64,000 nucleotides of DNA from Squalus acanthias (lineage: Eukaryota). The stretch spans positions 1 to 64,000 of the forward strand of contig JASTWF010000034.1 in assembly GCA_030390025.1 (NCBI GenBank). Direction: 5' to 3'. Every line of letters starts with the position of its first letter. Within the stretch, counting starts at the first letter, position 1. Shown one piece after another: positions 49,986 through 62,749 of the stretch. The notes below the pieces were generated by a model that saw only the letters and a list, made by a program, of their open reading frames with translations, searched no databases and had not been told where the DNA came from. Both the position numbers and the translations under genes were made by a program.

Positions 49986-51438
49986 TACGTTTTACCTACT
50001 AATCGGACTGATATGTATAGCCTGCCAAGGGAGAAGAAAAGAACCCCGAAAGAAACGAGAATTACATATGAACACCTTTTTGCATATGTCATATAAGTAC
50101 GCCAAAAAAAGTGGGATAAACGCCTGTTGGGTATGTAGCCATATTCCTACCCATGTGAAAGGAGGAATACCTCTGCGACTGATACCCTTGAACCTCACAG
50201 ATATGGCAGAATGGATAATTAATAAAAATCATACGAAACAGAAAGATACCACCCTATCCACCTTCGGGAAAGAATGGGAACAAAAGTGGTCTAGCCTAAG
50301 AAACGAGTTTAAGGGGGGAGGATATTCGTTAGAAAATTTTAAGGGATGGTACAAGCCGACGTATGATTATACGAAAGAACCTCCTTTTCTAGCCCTTACC
50401 AATACATCGGGAAAGGGCCGACCGATCGGGGATATATGCTGGGAACGCGATCTAGGACAGACTAAAGGGAACAGAGTTAATATGGGGAAAAGTCGTTGCA
50501 TACAAAAGTTCATTACGTACGAGGCAGGAAGTTCCATGGAAAGCTGGTGGTTCAATACTACCAGTTTGATGAATTTGACTAATAACAGACCATGGAATGG
50601 GACTAAACGATTGAATACTGACAATCAGATGGGTTTTACCGTTTTCCGCACCAACGCAAAACCTGATCAACCGGGACAGATAGTGACAGCCTATAACGGG
50701 ACGTACTTCATATGCGGTCACAGAGCATACCCTTGGCTACCAGAGAATTGGGCAGGATCATGCTATTTGGGGTATGTAGTACCATACATACACCCCATAA
50801 AGGAATTGAAAGACCACCATAAGCATAGCTGTAAGAAAAGAGAACTCCCCACATGGAAGATGTTAGTTGGAGCTATGTTTCCCCCTGCTGGAATAGCGTT
50901 TACTTCCCAAGAAATACTGTTACTGTCAGCATTAATCGAGGGGGTAGCTAATGACACGGTTAAATCCCTGAGGGAGGTGAGCGCTGAAATGGTAGCCCTG
51001 AGAACCGTCGCCCTACAAAATAGAATGGCACTAGATTACCTACTAGCTGCAAAGGGAGGTACATGTGCCATGATCGGAGCAGAATGCTGCACATATATCC
51101 CAGATAGCTCTGAAAATATAACTAACTTAGCGGACCATATTCAGAAACAGGTTGCCCTGCTCCATCAATCCAGGACCAAAGGCGGCTGGGTTGATTGGAT
51201 ATTAGGGGGATGGTTGGGATCAATGGGACAAGTATTATTGCATGGATTAGTAGTAGTAGTAGCCGCGATTGTATGTATCATTTTGGTTGTCACAATGATT
51301 AAGTGTTGTTGTGATAGGTTAGGCAAGGTAGTCATACCTGAAGTAAGTATGATGATACAGAAAGAAATAAATGACGAAGAAGAAAAGTATGGTCCCTTCG
51401 GGGAGGAACTGAGGCGATTGAATAAAATACAATTTTAA
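49981..51438 (+). CDS. env: Gamma-type envelope glycoprotein, open frame; first ATG at 50068
   Basis: Signal-like FYLLIGLICIAC upstream in frame, CWVC (CXXC), CKKR at the SU/TM junction, ISD LQNRMALDYLLAAKGG, CX6CC and a TM helix. Confidence 0.9.
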   Translation, partial: KFTFYLLIGLICIACQGRRKEPRKKRELHMNTFLHMSYKYAKKSGINACWVCSHIPTHVKGGIPLRLIPLNLTDMAEWIINKNHTKQKDTTLSTFGKEWEQKWSSLRNEFKGGGYSLENFKGWYKPTYDYTKEPPFLALTNTSGKGRPIGDICWERDLGQTKGNRVNMGKSRCIQKFITYEAGSSMESWWFNTTSLMNLTNNRPWNGTKRLNTDNQMGFTVFRTNAKPDQPGQIVTAYNGTYFICGHRAYPWLPENWAGSCYLGYVVPYIHPIKELKDHHKHSCKKRELPTWKMLVGAMFPPAGIAFTSQEILLLSALIEGVANDTVKSLREVSAEMVALRTVALQNRMALDYLLAAKGGTCAMIGAECCTYIPDSSENITNLADHIQKQVALLHQSRTKGGWVDWILGGWLGSMGQVLLHGLVVVVAAIVCIILVVTMIKCCCDRLGKVVIPEVSMMIQKEINDEEEKYGPFGEELRRLNKIQF

Positions 51439-52102
51439 GGATTAGACAACCTAGACAAAATATACATATATATATACATTTTTGCATGCTCCCCACTTTC
51501 GGTAAACATATTCTTCCACCCAAATGGGATCTGCAGGCTAGGGAAAGAGAGAGGACTCCTTTCAACTGCCGGTGACGTCGACCTTGTATACCACTTGGTC
51601 TGCACTCTGGAGGCTCACGTAGAAGCACTTGTGCTTAGGAGAACCCCACAGGTTAGGTATAAACTGTGTGGGTCATGAATCAGTTCTCCTCTATAAGCTG
51701 CAGTTCCCTAGGAGAACCCCACAGGTTAGGCATAAGCTGTGTGGGCCATGGCTGTACCCTATCTCCTTAGAGGGTGTATAGCGACACCCGAACTGCAGGC
51801 TAGTATAAGCTGCAGGAAAAGTTAGAGAACAGCAGACTAATGAACCACAAAAGTACGCCACAGTCACCAAAACACAACTAAAACCCCTACAAGAACATAC
51901 GCCCAAACACCGAGAATAGACAGAGAAGAAGGACGATCTTAAATAAGGTCAGCCATCAATACAGGTATAATCCCGAGGATGGTTAAAACAGAAAAGAAGT
52001 TGGCATCCCTGGCCAAAATCCAAATTTGGTACAGGAACCGACAAGAAAGACCGAAAGGGTTAAATTGAGCTATTTTGTCCTTGAAGGACAAAAAGGGGGG
52101 AA

Positions 52103-52634
52103 TGTGGAAGTGCAGTTTTTGTCTCGGACAAAATGGCTTCCTCGACACAAAGAGTGATCTAAAATGGCCGACTCTGACTTGTATTGAATAAAGAAAGAAT
52201 CCGTTGTTATGTTTCTCATGAAACTGAATTTAAAGTTTCAGACTATGCTGTCAGCAAAGTCTGCCAGCACAAAGAAACAACAGGCTTAAATTGAGATAAC
52301 CAAGGGCTAGTGAAGTAAACAACCAGGCGCCTCGGCCTTGGTGAGAGAAGAACAGATAGATAGACTCCATCTTGTAGAGATTAGTTAGTCTCACCGTAAG
52401 GCATTTCTTACGTGTTTTTTAACTTTTAACTTAGCTTACCTTAAACAACATGTCATGTGATATGGGAAGCTTGTGTTTTCAGTGTATAAGATCTTCCATT
52501 TTCTGTGATTCTTCAGTCTGTCATCGTAGCTAATTGGGCTATGGTTGCATTCTCCTTGCAAGTAAAATATAATAATAAAGCCTTCTTTGACGATATTGTA
52601 TCAAGAGTCTTACTCGGAAGTCGAAACTTCGACA
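52103..52634 (+). repeat. ERV 3' LTR
   Basis: Follows the PPT; starts TGTGGAAG and ends CTTCGACA. Confidence 0.9.
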
Positions 52635-54190
52635 CTGGTCCAGATGGCTTGCATCCCAGGTTGCAAAGTGAATTGGGGGAGGAGATAGCAGAAGGGCTTG
52701 CCATAATTTTCCAATCTTCCCTAGATGCAGGGGAGGTGCATGAGGATTTGAAAGTGGCAAATGTGACACCATTGTTCAAGAAAGGGTGTAAGGACAATCC
52801 TAGTAACTACAGGCCGGTCAGTTTAACATCAGTGGTGGGTAAAGTTTTAGAAACAATAATCAAGGAAAAAATGAACGGGCACTTGGAGAGGTTTAAGCTA
52901 ATTAAGAAGCGCCAATACGGATTTGTGAAAGGCAGATCGTGTTTGACTAATCTAATTGAATTTTTTGATGAAGTAACAGAGAGGATTGATGAAGGGAATG
53001 CAATGGATGTTGTCTACATGGATTTTCGGAAGGCGTTTGACAAAGTACCACATAGAAGGCTGGTTAACAAAATTGAGGCTCATGGAATAGGTGTGTCAGT
53101 GACAGCTTGGATAAGGAATTGGCTTAAGGACAGAAAACAGCGAGTTGTGGTAAATGGCTGTTATTCAGACTGGAGGATGGTAGACAGTGGTGTTCCCCAA
53201 GGGTCAGTGCTGGGGCCACTGCTTTTTTTGATATATATAATTGATCTGGCTATTGGAATACAGAGTAGAATTTCTAAATTTGCCGATGACACCAAACTTA
53301 GGGGTGTGACAAACAGTGAGAATGATACCAATCGACTGCAACAGGACATAGAAAGGCTAGCAGAATGGGCAGACAAGTGGCAGATGGAATTTAATACATA
53401 GAAGCGTGAGGTGATGCATTTTGGCAGATGGAACAGGGAGAGGCAATATACACTTAATGGCACAGTTTTAAAGAGTGTACAGGGACAGAGGGACCTGGGA
53501 GTTAATGTGCATAGGTCCCTGAAGGTGGCAGGACATATTGATAGAGTGGTTAGCAAAGCATATGGGATTTTGGGCTTCATAAATAGATGTATTGAGTACA
53601 GAAGTAGAGAAGTTATGCTGAAGCTTTATAAAGCGCTGGTTAGGCCACAACTGGAGTATTGCGTCCAGTTCTGGTCACCACACTTTAGGAAGGATGTGAA
53701 GGCCCTTGAGAGGGTGCAGAGGAGATTTACCAGAATGGTTCCAGGGATGGGGGATCTTAGATACAAGGACAGGTTGGAGAAGCTGGATTTGTTTTCATTA
53801 GAGCAAAGGAGGTTGAGGGGTGATTTGATAGAAGTGCACAAGATTATGACGGGTTTGGATAGGCTAGATGGAGAAAGGCTGTTCCCACTAGTTTATGGTA
53901 CACGGACTAGGGGACACAGATTTAAGGTTTTGGGCAAGAGATACGGGGGGGACGTGAGGAAAAACTTTTTTACGCAGCGAGTGGTGAGGACCTGGAATTC
54001 GCTGCCGACGGAAGTGGTGGAAGCGGAGACACTCAATGTTTTCAAGGGGAGACTGGATAGGCACTTGAGGGAAATACATTTACAGGGCTACGGGGATAGC
54101 GCGGGGAATGGGACTGACTGGATTGCTCTCCAGAGAGCCGGCACGGATTCGATGGGCCGAATGGCCTCCTTCTGTGCCGTTATGACTCTA
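52635..54190 (+). mobile_element. CR1 LINE RT to 3' end
   Basis: GPDGLHPR...FADD...WNSLP; one in-frame TAG at 53399-53401. Confidence 0.9.
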
Positions 54191-54289
54191 AACCAGACTG
54201 GGCGGTCCAGAGGTAGGAGTTAGTAAAGGAATCGTGGCGGCCAGCGTAATTCGCACGGAGGCTGAGGACCCGGACACTCAGGTTTCTGT

Positions 54290-54800
54290 ATAATTTATTG
54301 ATTCATTTTGTTTCTTGCCCCTCCAGCCCCAATCTCAACGAAATGACAAAAAAATGTTGTTCTCACCAATTGGGGATTTCAATGGCGGGGTGTTTACCCA
54401 GAATCCCCCGCGAGGCAGAATGTGCCCCATCAATGACTACAGGAGCTGAGTGCGCAGGCGCGGGACCGGGCTGTGCTCTGAGCATGCGCAGTGTGCGTGT
54501 TGGCGATGGTCTGCAACGGAAGAGACGGTTCCGGGAGGTGGTAGGAGATTGTGGGCTCGGGGAGGAATTGGACCCGCGGGTGGGCTGGGAAGCTTCATAA
54601 ACACCTGGTGTAGGCCTCAGGCCCCGAATAAGAGCCCACAGGCTCCGTGTTTTCCCCGCGGTGACAGGCCCGACCGCTCGGGTCATCGGGGTCACTGGCC
54701 ACCATCTTGGACAGGGCGGGATCACGGCGCATGCGCAGCCAACTTGGGCAGGAACAAAGAGTGGGCGGGTCTTCAGGGTCCCAGTGACCAGGAGAGACAA
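54290..54800 (+). promoter_or_regulatory. ZNF-F promoter / first exon
   Basis: CCAAT, GCATGCGCA, GCGCATGCGC and CCATCTTG; paralog of the ZNF-E promoter. Confidence 0.58.
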
Positions 54801-54859
54801 TCATTGACTCAATGACTCTATTCTCACTCTGCACACAGCGGCTGCCTCACCATTTTCAA

Positions 54860-55770
<911 letters not shown>

Positions 55771-56554
55771 TCACTGCAGGAGTTGGATTCTACTGTTATT
55801 GCTGCTGTTAATCACATCCAGGACTGAACCATGTTCATTCTGACAGTTGGGGTTTATTTCTGCTGATGTTAATAACCCCTATAACTGGGCTGGAGATTAA
55901 TATTCTGGATATATGTCAAAAAAATCTGCTTTGTTTTAAACACATTGTTATGGATTTCTCATCTCTCTTCACTGACAGCAAAGTCCCCGTGCGGGTTAAT
56001 CTTGAGGTGTGTAAGAAATGTGTCCCAGCCGCTCTCTGCCATGGTTCAGAGCTCCTAAGCACGGAATAGAAGGCTCCTTTACAACTGTGTTTAGAGTCAG
56101 GAAGAACAACGGTGAATGCTGGAAACGTGCTGTCAAATTGCGATCTGTTCCTGACTGAAAGTGAAACAGGTTTAAGATTCCAGTCTAAAGATGACTGGTA
56201 ATTATTCTATGAAGGTTTAATGTGTTAGTCTGACAGTCCTGAGTCTACAACCCATTTAAAATAAACCCGTTTAAAATAAATTGGTTAAAGTCTGCTTTAA
56301 AATAGCAGAGGGAGGAGTTCACAGGAGCCTGTTAACTGCTGGTACAATTATACAACAGACATTTGATCTCCAGATAAAGAAGGACCTGCAGCGTGTTTCC
56401 AGGAATTCCCTGTTTTATTGATGTGTGTGTGTGTTAGACACCAGGATAACTAAAAATACACGACCTGGAACATCCACGGGGGTGCGATCCCGACAGTTAC
56501 TCTGGGATCACTCCCGCTGTGGAACTCCACACTGACCCTGCTGAAGGTTGTTTA

Positions 56555-56905
56555 TAGAGATGGGACGGTGCTCTGTGAGCCCCTTGCCCGGATCATCAAC
56601 AGCTCCACAGAGTCAGGGATTGTTCCCTGAGATTGGAAGGGAGCTCACCTGGCTCCCATTTTCCAAATCGGGGACAGATCAGAGCCGGGGAACTACAGGC
56701 CCATCAGTGTGACCTCGATCACAGGGAAGATGCTTGAAGTGATCCTGAGAGATGCTGTTTATGATCACTGGGGAAAGGGAAGGAGCCATTCGAGAGACTC
56801 AACACGGCTTCAGAAAACAAGGTCAGGTCTACAAACTAGCTGGAGTTTTGTGACGAGGTTGCGAGGTTGGTGGATGAGGGGAATCCGGTTGACATTGTTG
56901 ACCTC
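56555..56905 (+). mobile_element. Old CR1-like RT fragment
   Basis: Degenerate NYRPISVTS region. Confidence 0.55.
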
Positions 56906-57534
56906 AGGGGTGTCAAACTCATTTTCTACGGTGGGTCTGATCCGATATCCTGGCACTTGGTGTGGGCCACATTCAGCAAAAGTTATTAAAATAGGAATAA
57001 ATGAAGATAAACTATATCAGTGATTATTTACAGTTAGATTTTACTTACAGCTGCTGCTGCTCCCGATCCCTGGCACCTCTCAGCTTGAACCATTGCATCA
57101 ACATTTGGAGCTAGTGACTGGGCTGAGGCCTGTCCTGGATAAAAACATGAGGATCACTTGTCACCACAGAACCTTGTTCCCCAACCTCTGACCCTGGAAG
57201 AGAATTCCACAGCATCGTCAGTGACATCACAATGACTATCGTTAATAACAACTCTCTGTGTGAAGAAGGTTCTCTCAATCATTGTTCTAACTCTCCTACA
57301 TTTAATCTTGTATCTGTGGCTCCTTGTCTTGACCCCTCAACCACTGGAAACAGCCTGCTTCTATCAACCCCATCCCACCTTTCATCATTTTAAACATTTC
57401 TATCATATCGCCCTGGAATATGTGCTGAATATGAGAAGGACGAGTCCTAACAGAAAGGACACAAAGTCAGAATGGGCCTGAGACTGAGCCACCTACCATT
57501 CTGGTCAGGAATGCACCTGTACTTCCTGTACTCC

Positions 57535-59207
57535 TTTTTGTCTGAGATGTGGGCGTCGCTGGCAAGGCTGGCATTTATTGCAATTATTGCCCCTCCCCAA
57601 TTGCCCTTGAGCAGGTAGTGGTGAGCCACCTTCTTGAACCGCTGCAGTCCGTGTAGTGAAGGTACTCCCACAGTGCTGTTAGGGAGGGAGTTCCAGGATT
57701 TGACCCAGCGACGATGAAGGATCGGCGATTATATTTCCAAATAAGGATGGTGTGTGACTTGGAGGGGAACTTGGAGGTGGTGGTGTTCCCCTGCGCCTGC
57801 TGCCCTCGTCCTTCCAGGTGGTAGAGGTCATGGGTTTGGGAGGTGCTGCCGAAGAAGCTTTGGCGAGGTCATGGGTTTGGGAGGTTAACCAAAGGTTTTT
57901 AGGGATATGGGTCAAAGGTGGGTATATGGAGTTAGGTCACAGATCAGCTATGATCTCATTGAATGGCGGAACAGGCTTGAGCGGCTGAATGGCCTTCTGT
58001 TCCTATGCTGCCGAAGAAACCTTGGCGAGTGCTGCAGTGCATCTTGGTGGTGGATGGGCTGCTGATCAAGCGGGCTGCTTTGTCCTGGATGGTGTCGAGC
58101 TTCTTGAGTGTTGTTGGAGCTGCACTCATCCAGGCAAGTGGAGAGTATTCCATCACACTCCTTACTTGTGCCTTGTAGATGGTGGAAAGGCTATGGGGAG
58201 TCAGGAGGTGAGACACTCGCCGCAGAATACCCAGCCTCTGAGCTGCTCTTGATGCCACCTCCTCACAGCACACACGCCCACCCAGCTTTGTGTCATCTGC
58301 AAACTTGGAGATATTACATCTAGTTCCCTCGTCTAGATCATTAATATATATTGTGAATAACTGGGGTCCTAGCACCGATCCCTGCGGTACCCCACTAGTC
58401 ACTGCCTGCCACTCGGAAAAAGACCCATTTATTCCAACTCTTTGCTTCCTGTCTGCCAACCAGTTCTCTATCCAAGTCAGTACCTTACCCCCAATCCCAT
58501 GTGCTTTAACTTTGCACGCTAATCTCTTATGTGGGACCTTATCGAAAGCCTTCTGAAAGTCCAAATCCACCACATCCACTGGTTCTCCCTTATCTATTCT
58601 ACCAGTTACATCCTCAAAAAATTCCAGTAGATTAGTCAAGCACGATTTACCTTTTGTAAATCCATGTTGACTTTGTCCGATCCTGTCACTGTTTTCCAAG
58701 TACTCTGCTATTACATCTTTTATAATGGACTCTAGCATTTTCCCCACTACCGATGTCAGGCTTACCGGCCTATAATTCCCCATTTTCTCTCTACCACCTG
58801 TTTTAAATAGTGGGGTTACATTAGCTACCCTCCAACCTATGGGAACTGTTCCAGAGTCTATAGAATTTTGGAAGATGACCAGCAATGCATCTACTATTTC
58901 TAGGGCCACTTCCTTAAGTACCCTAGGATGTAGATTATCAGGCCCTGGGGATTTATCGGCCTTCAATCCCTTCAATTTCCCGAACACCATTTCCCTACAA
59001 ATACTGATTTCATTCATTTCCTCCCTCTCATTAGACCCTATGTTCCCCAACATCTCTGGGAGGTTATTTGTGTCCTCCTTTGTGAAGACAGAACCAAAGT
59101 ATGTATTTAATTGGTCTGACATTTCTTTGTTCCCCATTATAAATTCCCCTGATTCTGACTGCAAGGGACCTATGCTTGACTTCACCAATCTTTTTCTCTT
59201 CACATAT
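57535..59207 (-). mobile_element. Composite of a CR1 ORF2 fragment (58250-59207) and second-family LINE 3' pieces
   Basis: ORF 57956..59203 switches from CR1 RT (to [10 protein letters not shown]) into [11 protein letters not shown]...EYSPLAW. Confidence 0.8.
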
Positions 59208-59282
59208 CATCATCGCTGACATCACAATGACTGTTGGCAACGCGGCCATCCTGCATCATCGGTGACATCACAATGACACTGA

Positions 59283-59468
59283 ACGGTTTAGGGTTCGTGG
59301 TCGGGGCCTTGGGGTTCGGGGCTGGTGTTACACTTCGGGGTTTGTGGTGGTGGTTATGGGTTAGAGGTTAGGGTTAGGACTAGGTGTTAGGGTTAGAGGT
59401 TAGTGGTTATGCTGTGGGTTAGGATTCGTGGTTAGTGGTTTGGCGTTAGGAGACAATGATTAAGGTTA
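59283..59468 (+). repeat. Degenerate telomere-like (GGGTTA)n tract
   Basis: GGGTTA, GAGGTTA, GTGGTTA and GGGTTC variants. Confidence 0.65.
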
Positions 59469-59549
59469 CAAACCACTATTGACAACGCCAGTGTCACTGG
59501 ACACGTCCTTTTTCTTTTCATTTTTTGATGTGTGCTCGATACACACATC

Positions 59550-60632
59550 GAAGGTGAGGAAGAAGCAGAGGGTAATGGTTGATGGGTGTTTTTGTGACTG
59601 GAAGGCTGTTTCCAGTGGGGTTCTGCAGGGCTCAGTACTGGGTCCCTTGCTTTTTGTGGTATATATCAACGATCTTGACTTGAATATAGGGGGTATGATT
59701 AAGAAGTTTGCAGATGATACTAAAATCAGCTGTCTGGTTGTTACTGAAGAAGGAAGCTGTAGACTGCAGGAAGATATCAATATCAATAAATTGGTCAGGT
59801 GGGCAGAACAGTGGCAAATGGAATTCAATCCGGAGAAGTGTGAGGTAATGCATTTGGGGAGGGCTAACAAGGAAAGGGAATACACATTAAATGGTAGGAC
59901 ACTGAGTAGTGTAGAGGAACAAAGGGACCTCGGAGTGCATGTCCACAGATCCCTGAAGGTAGCAGGCCAGGTAGATAAGGTGGTTAAGAATGCATACGGA
60001 ATGCTTGCCTTTATTAGCCAAGGCATAGAATACAAGAGCGGGGGGTTATGCTTCAACTGTATAAAACACTGGTTAGGCCTCAGCTAGAGTACTGGGTGCA
60101 GTTCTGGTCACCACATTACAGGAAAGATGTGATTGCACTAGAGAGGGTACAGAGGAGATTTACAAGGATGTTGCCGGGAGTAGAGAATCTTAGCTATGAG
60201 GAAAGACTGGATAGGCTGTGTCTGTTTTCCTTGGAACAGAGGAGGCTGAGGGGAGACCTTATTGAGGTGTGTAAAATTATGAGGGGCATAGATAAAGTGG
60301 ATAGAAAGGACCTATTTCCCTTAGCAGAGGGGTCAAAAACCAGGGGGCACAGATTTAAAGTAATTGGTGGAAGGTTTAGAGGGGATTTGAGGGGAAATTT
60401 CTTCACCCAGAGGGTTGTGGGGGTCTGGAACTCACTGCCTGAAAGGGTGGTAGAGGCAGGAACCCTAACCACATTTAAAAAGTACTTGGATGTGCACTTG
60501 GGATGCTCTAACCTGCAGGGCTACGGACCAAGAGCTGGGAAGTGGGATTAGGCTGGATAGCTCTTTGTTGGCCGGCGCGGACACGATGGGCCGAAATGGC
60601 CTCCTTCCGTGCTGTAACTTTCTATGATTCTA
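59550..60632 (+). mobile_element. CR1 LINE 3' fragment
   Basis: QGSVLGP, KFADD and RPQLEY motifs; tail TTCTATGATTCTATG. Confidence 0.88.
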
Positions 60633-61030
60633 TGCTGTGGGGCACACGCTGAAAGTGATTAACAGACTGGGTTTTGTGTTTAGTGATCCCAGGCGTGTTA
60701 CCAATACCTTCCCTGGATACCAAGGCTGGGAGAGGCACTCTGGAATGTATGGGGAGCTGGGACTTGTCCATGAGAGTAACCGAAGGTCTGAGAACTGAAA
60801 TAATCTAGAGTTAGAAAGGAGAAAAGGCCCAAAAATGGAACAGTTGGTAACAGAACATCAATTAGTCTCCTCTTATCTTACAGAAATAAAGAACACAACA
60901 GTGTGTGTTTACACCAAAACTGGCTTGACAGATATCCAGAAACTTAAACTCCAGCCCAGTTAAAGGGGTTATTAACATCAGCACAAACAAAAGAAGGATG
61001 TGATTAATGGCAGAATCGAACCCCCTGCAG

Positions 61031-61990
61031 TCACTTGTGAACTCGCTGGTGTCTCAGTAGGTGAGATGATCGACTGAATCCCTTCCCACACATGGAGCAG
61101 GTGAATATCCTCTCCCCAGTGTGAACACGCTGGTGCGTTCGAAGATTGGATGCATGAGTGAATCCCTTCCCACATACAGAGCAGGTAAACGGCCTCTCCC
61201 CGGTGTGAACTCGCTGGTGCGTTCGAAGATTGGATGCATGAGTGAATCCCTTCTCACATACAGAGCAGGTAAACGGCCTCTCCCCAGTGTGAACTCGCTG
61301 GTGTTGAATGAGGTGAGACGACTGCCTGAAGCTCTTCTCGCAGTGAGTGCAACTGAACGGTCTCTCGTCAGTGTGAACAAGCTGATGTTCAATAAAATCT
61401 GCAGAGATTTTAAAGCAGTTCCCACAGTCAGAGCATTTAAAAGGTCTCTCGTCAGTGTGAACTCGGTGGTGTAACTGGAGGCTGGACAGCAGAGCGAATC
61501 CCATCCCACACTCGGAGCAGGTGAACGGCCTCTCCCCGGTGTGACTGCGTCGATGAATTTCCAGGTGGGATGGGGAACTGAATCCCTTCCCACAGTCCCC
61601 ACATTTCCACGGTTTCTCCGTGGTGCGGGTGTCCTTGTGTCTCTCCAGGTTGGACGATCAGTTGAAGCCTCGTCCACACACAGAACACGTGTACGGTTTC
61701 TCCCCGCTGTGAATGGTGCGATGTTTTTTCAGGCTGTGTAACTGGTTAAAGCTCTTTCCACAGTCAGTGCACTGGAACACTCTCACTCGGGTGTGGGTGT
61801 CTCGGTGCTTTTCCAGTCACACTGATGTTTGAAATCTTTTCCCACAGACAGAACAGACAAACATTTCTCCTTCCACATTCAAAGGCCGATGATATTCAGG
61901 TCCTGATGAATGGAGTGACTCTGTCAGATCTTGATGTGATGTTTGGTTTGAGTTTGCGGTGTGTAAATGCTGCCCTTCTCACAGCCTGTA
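61031..61990 (-). CDS. ZNF-G: 7 intact C2H2 fingers from ACG 61621 to stop 61031, preceded by stop-containing fingers; start uncertain
   Basis: In-frame TGAs at about 61820 and 61660-61658; open frame from there to HQRVHK*. Confidence 0.65.
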
Positions 61991-62233
61991 AAAGGAGTTT
62001 CCAAAAGCCATGACTGTGAGTCCAGGATAGAAATTGACAAGATTCTCTCCTCCTGGTTCCTGGCCAAGGGGGCCGCGCATGCGCCCTGCTGCCCCCTGAG
62101 CCTGTCAAGATGGCGGCCGTTAACCCGGGCCTGTCACCGGGAGAAAGCCCCGCAGCTGCCGCCCCGCTCGGGGCAAACGCCCGGCCCGGAGGCTCTTGTT
62201 CGGGGCCTGAGGCCCACCCCGGGTGTTTGAGAA

Positions 62234-62678
62234 GCGGATAATGTGGAGTGTTTTAATAATGGGGCCTGGGGCCGCACTCGGGGTGTGTGCAGCCCGCGTC
62301 CCCCCGGGGTTTATTAACCCGCTCCCTGAGCTCTCTCACCTGATGTGTCAGCGGCTGCTGCCAAGGTCCGCGCATGCTCAGCTCACCTTCTGTTGTTCAG
62401 GTTTAAAGGTCAAGCCCCGCCCCTCACACACTGCGATTGGTTGGAGGACCCGCCGCCCGCTCGGTCCTCCAGACCCGCCCCTCTCTTCCTATTGGTCCGG
62501 AGCTCCCGTCAATCACCCGGGCAGTGTGAGCTGAGCATGCGCGGACCTTGGCAGCAGCCGCTGACACATCAGGTGAGAGAGCTCAGGGAGCGGGTTAATA
62601 AACCGCGGGGGGACGCGGGCTGCACACACCCCGAGTGCGGCCCCAGGCCCCATTATTAAAACACTCCACATTATCCGC
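62234..62678. repeat. 153-bp inverted repeat (62234-62386 / 62526-62678) around a CCAAT/GC-box promoter core
   Basis: Arms differ at one position by eye; the 139-bp spacer has two ATTGG boxes and GC boxes. Confidence 0.93.
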
Positions 62679-62749
62679 CCGCCGCTTCCCGGTTTCTCCC
62701 GATTCGCTCAGCAAAGGGGCCCCGCGCCAAACTCCGGGACAGACAGGAA

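Larger units (their letters stand above)
44553..52634 (+). mobile_element. Defective endogenous retrovirus (class I, epsilon/gamma-like)
   Basis: Two TG...CA LTRs, PBS, gag remnants, integrase C-terminal half, env and PPT AAAAAGGGGGGAA (52090-52102). No protease or RT seen. Confidence 0.9.

Noticed and set aside
50068..51438. Calling env a functional syncytin
   Set aside because: The signal-peptide start and canonical furin site are missing, and there are no expression or conservation data.
57956..59203. 415-aa ORF as a host gene
   Set aside because: Chance in-frame fusion of fragments from two LINE families.
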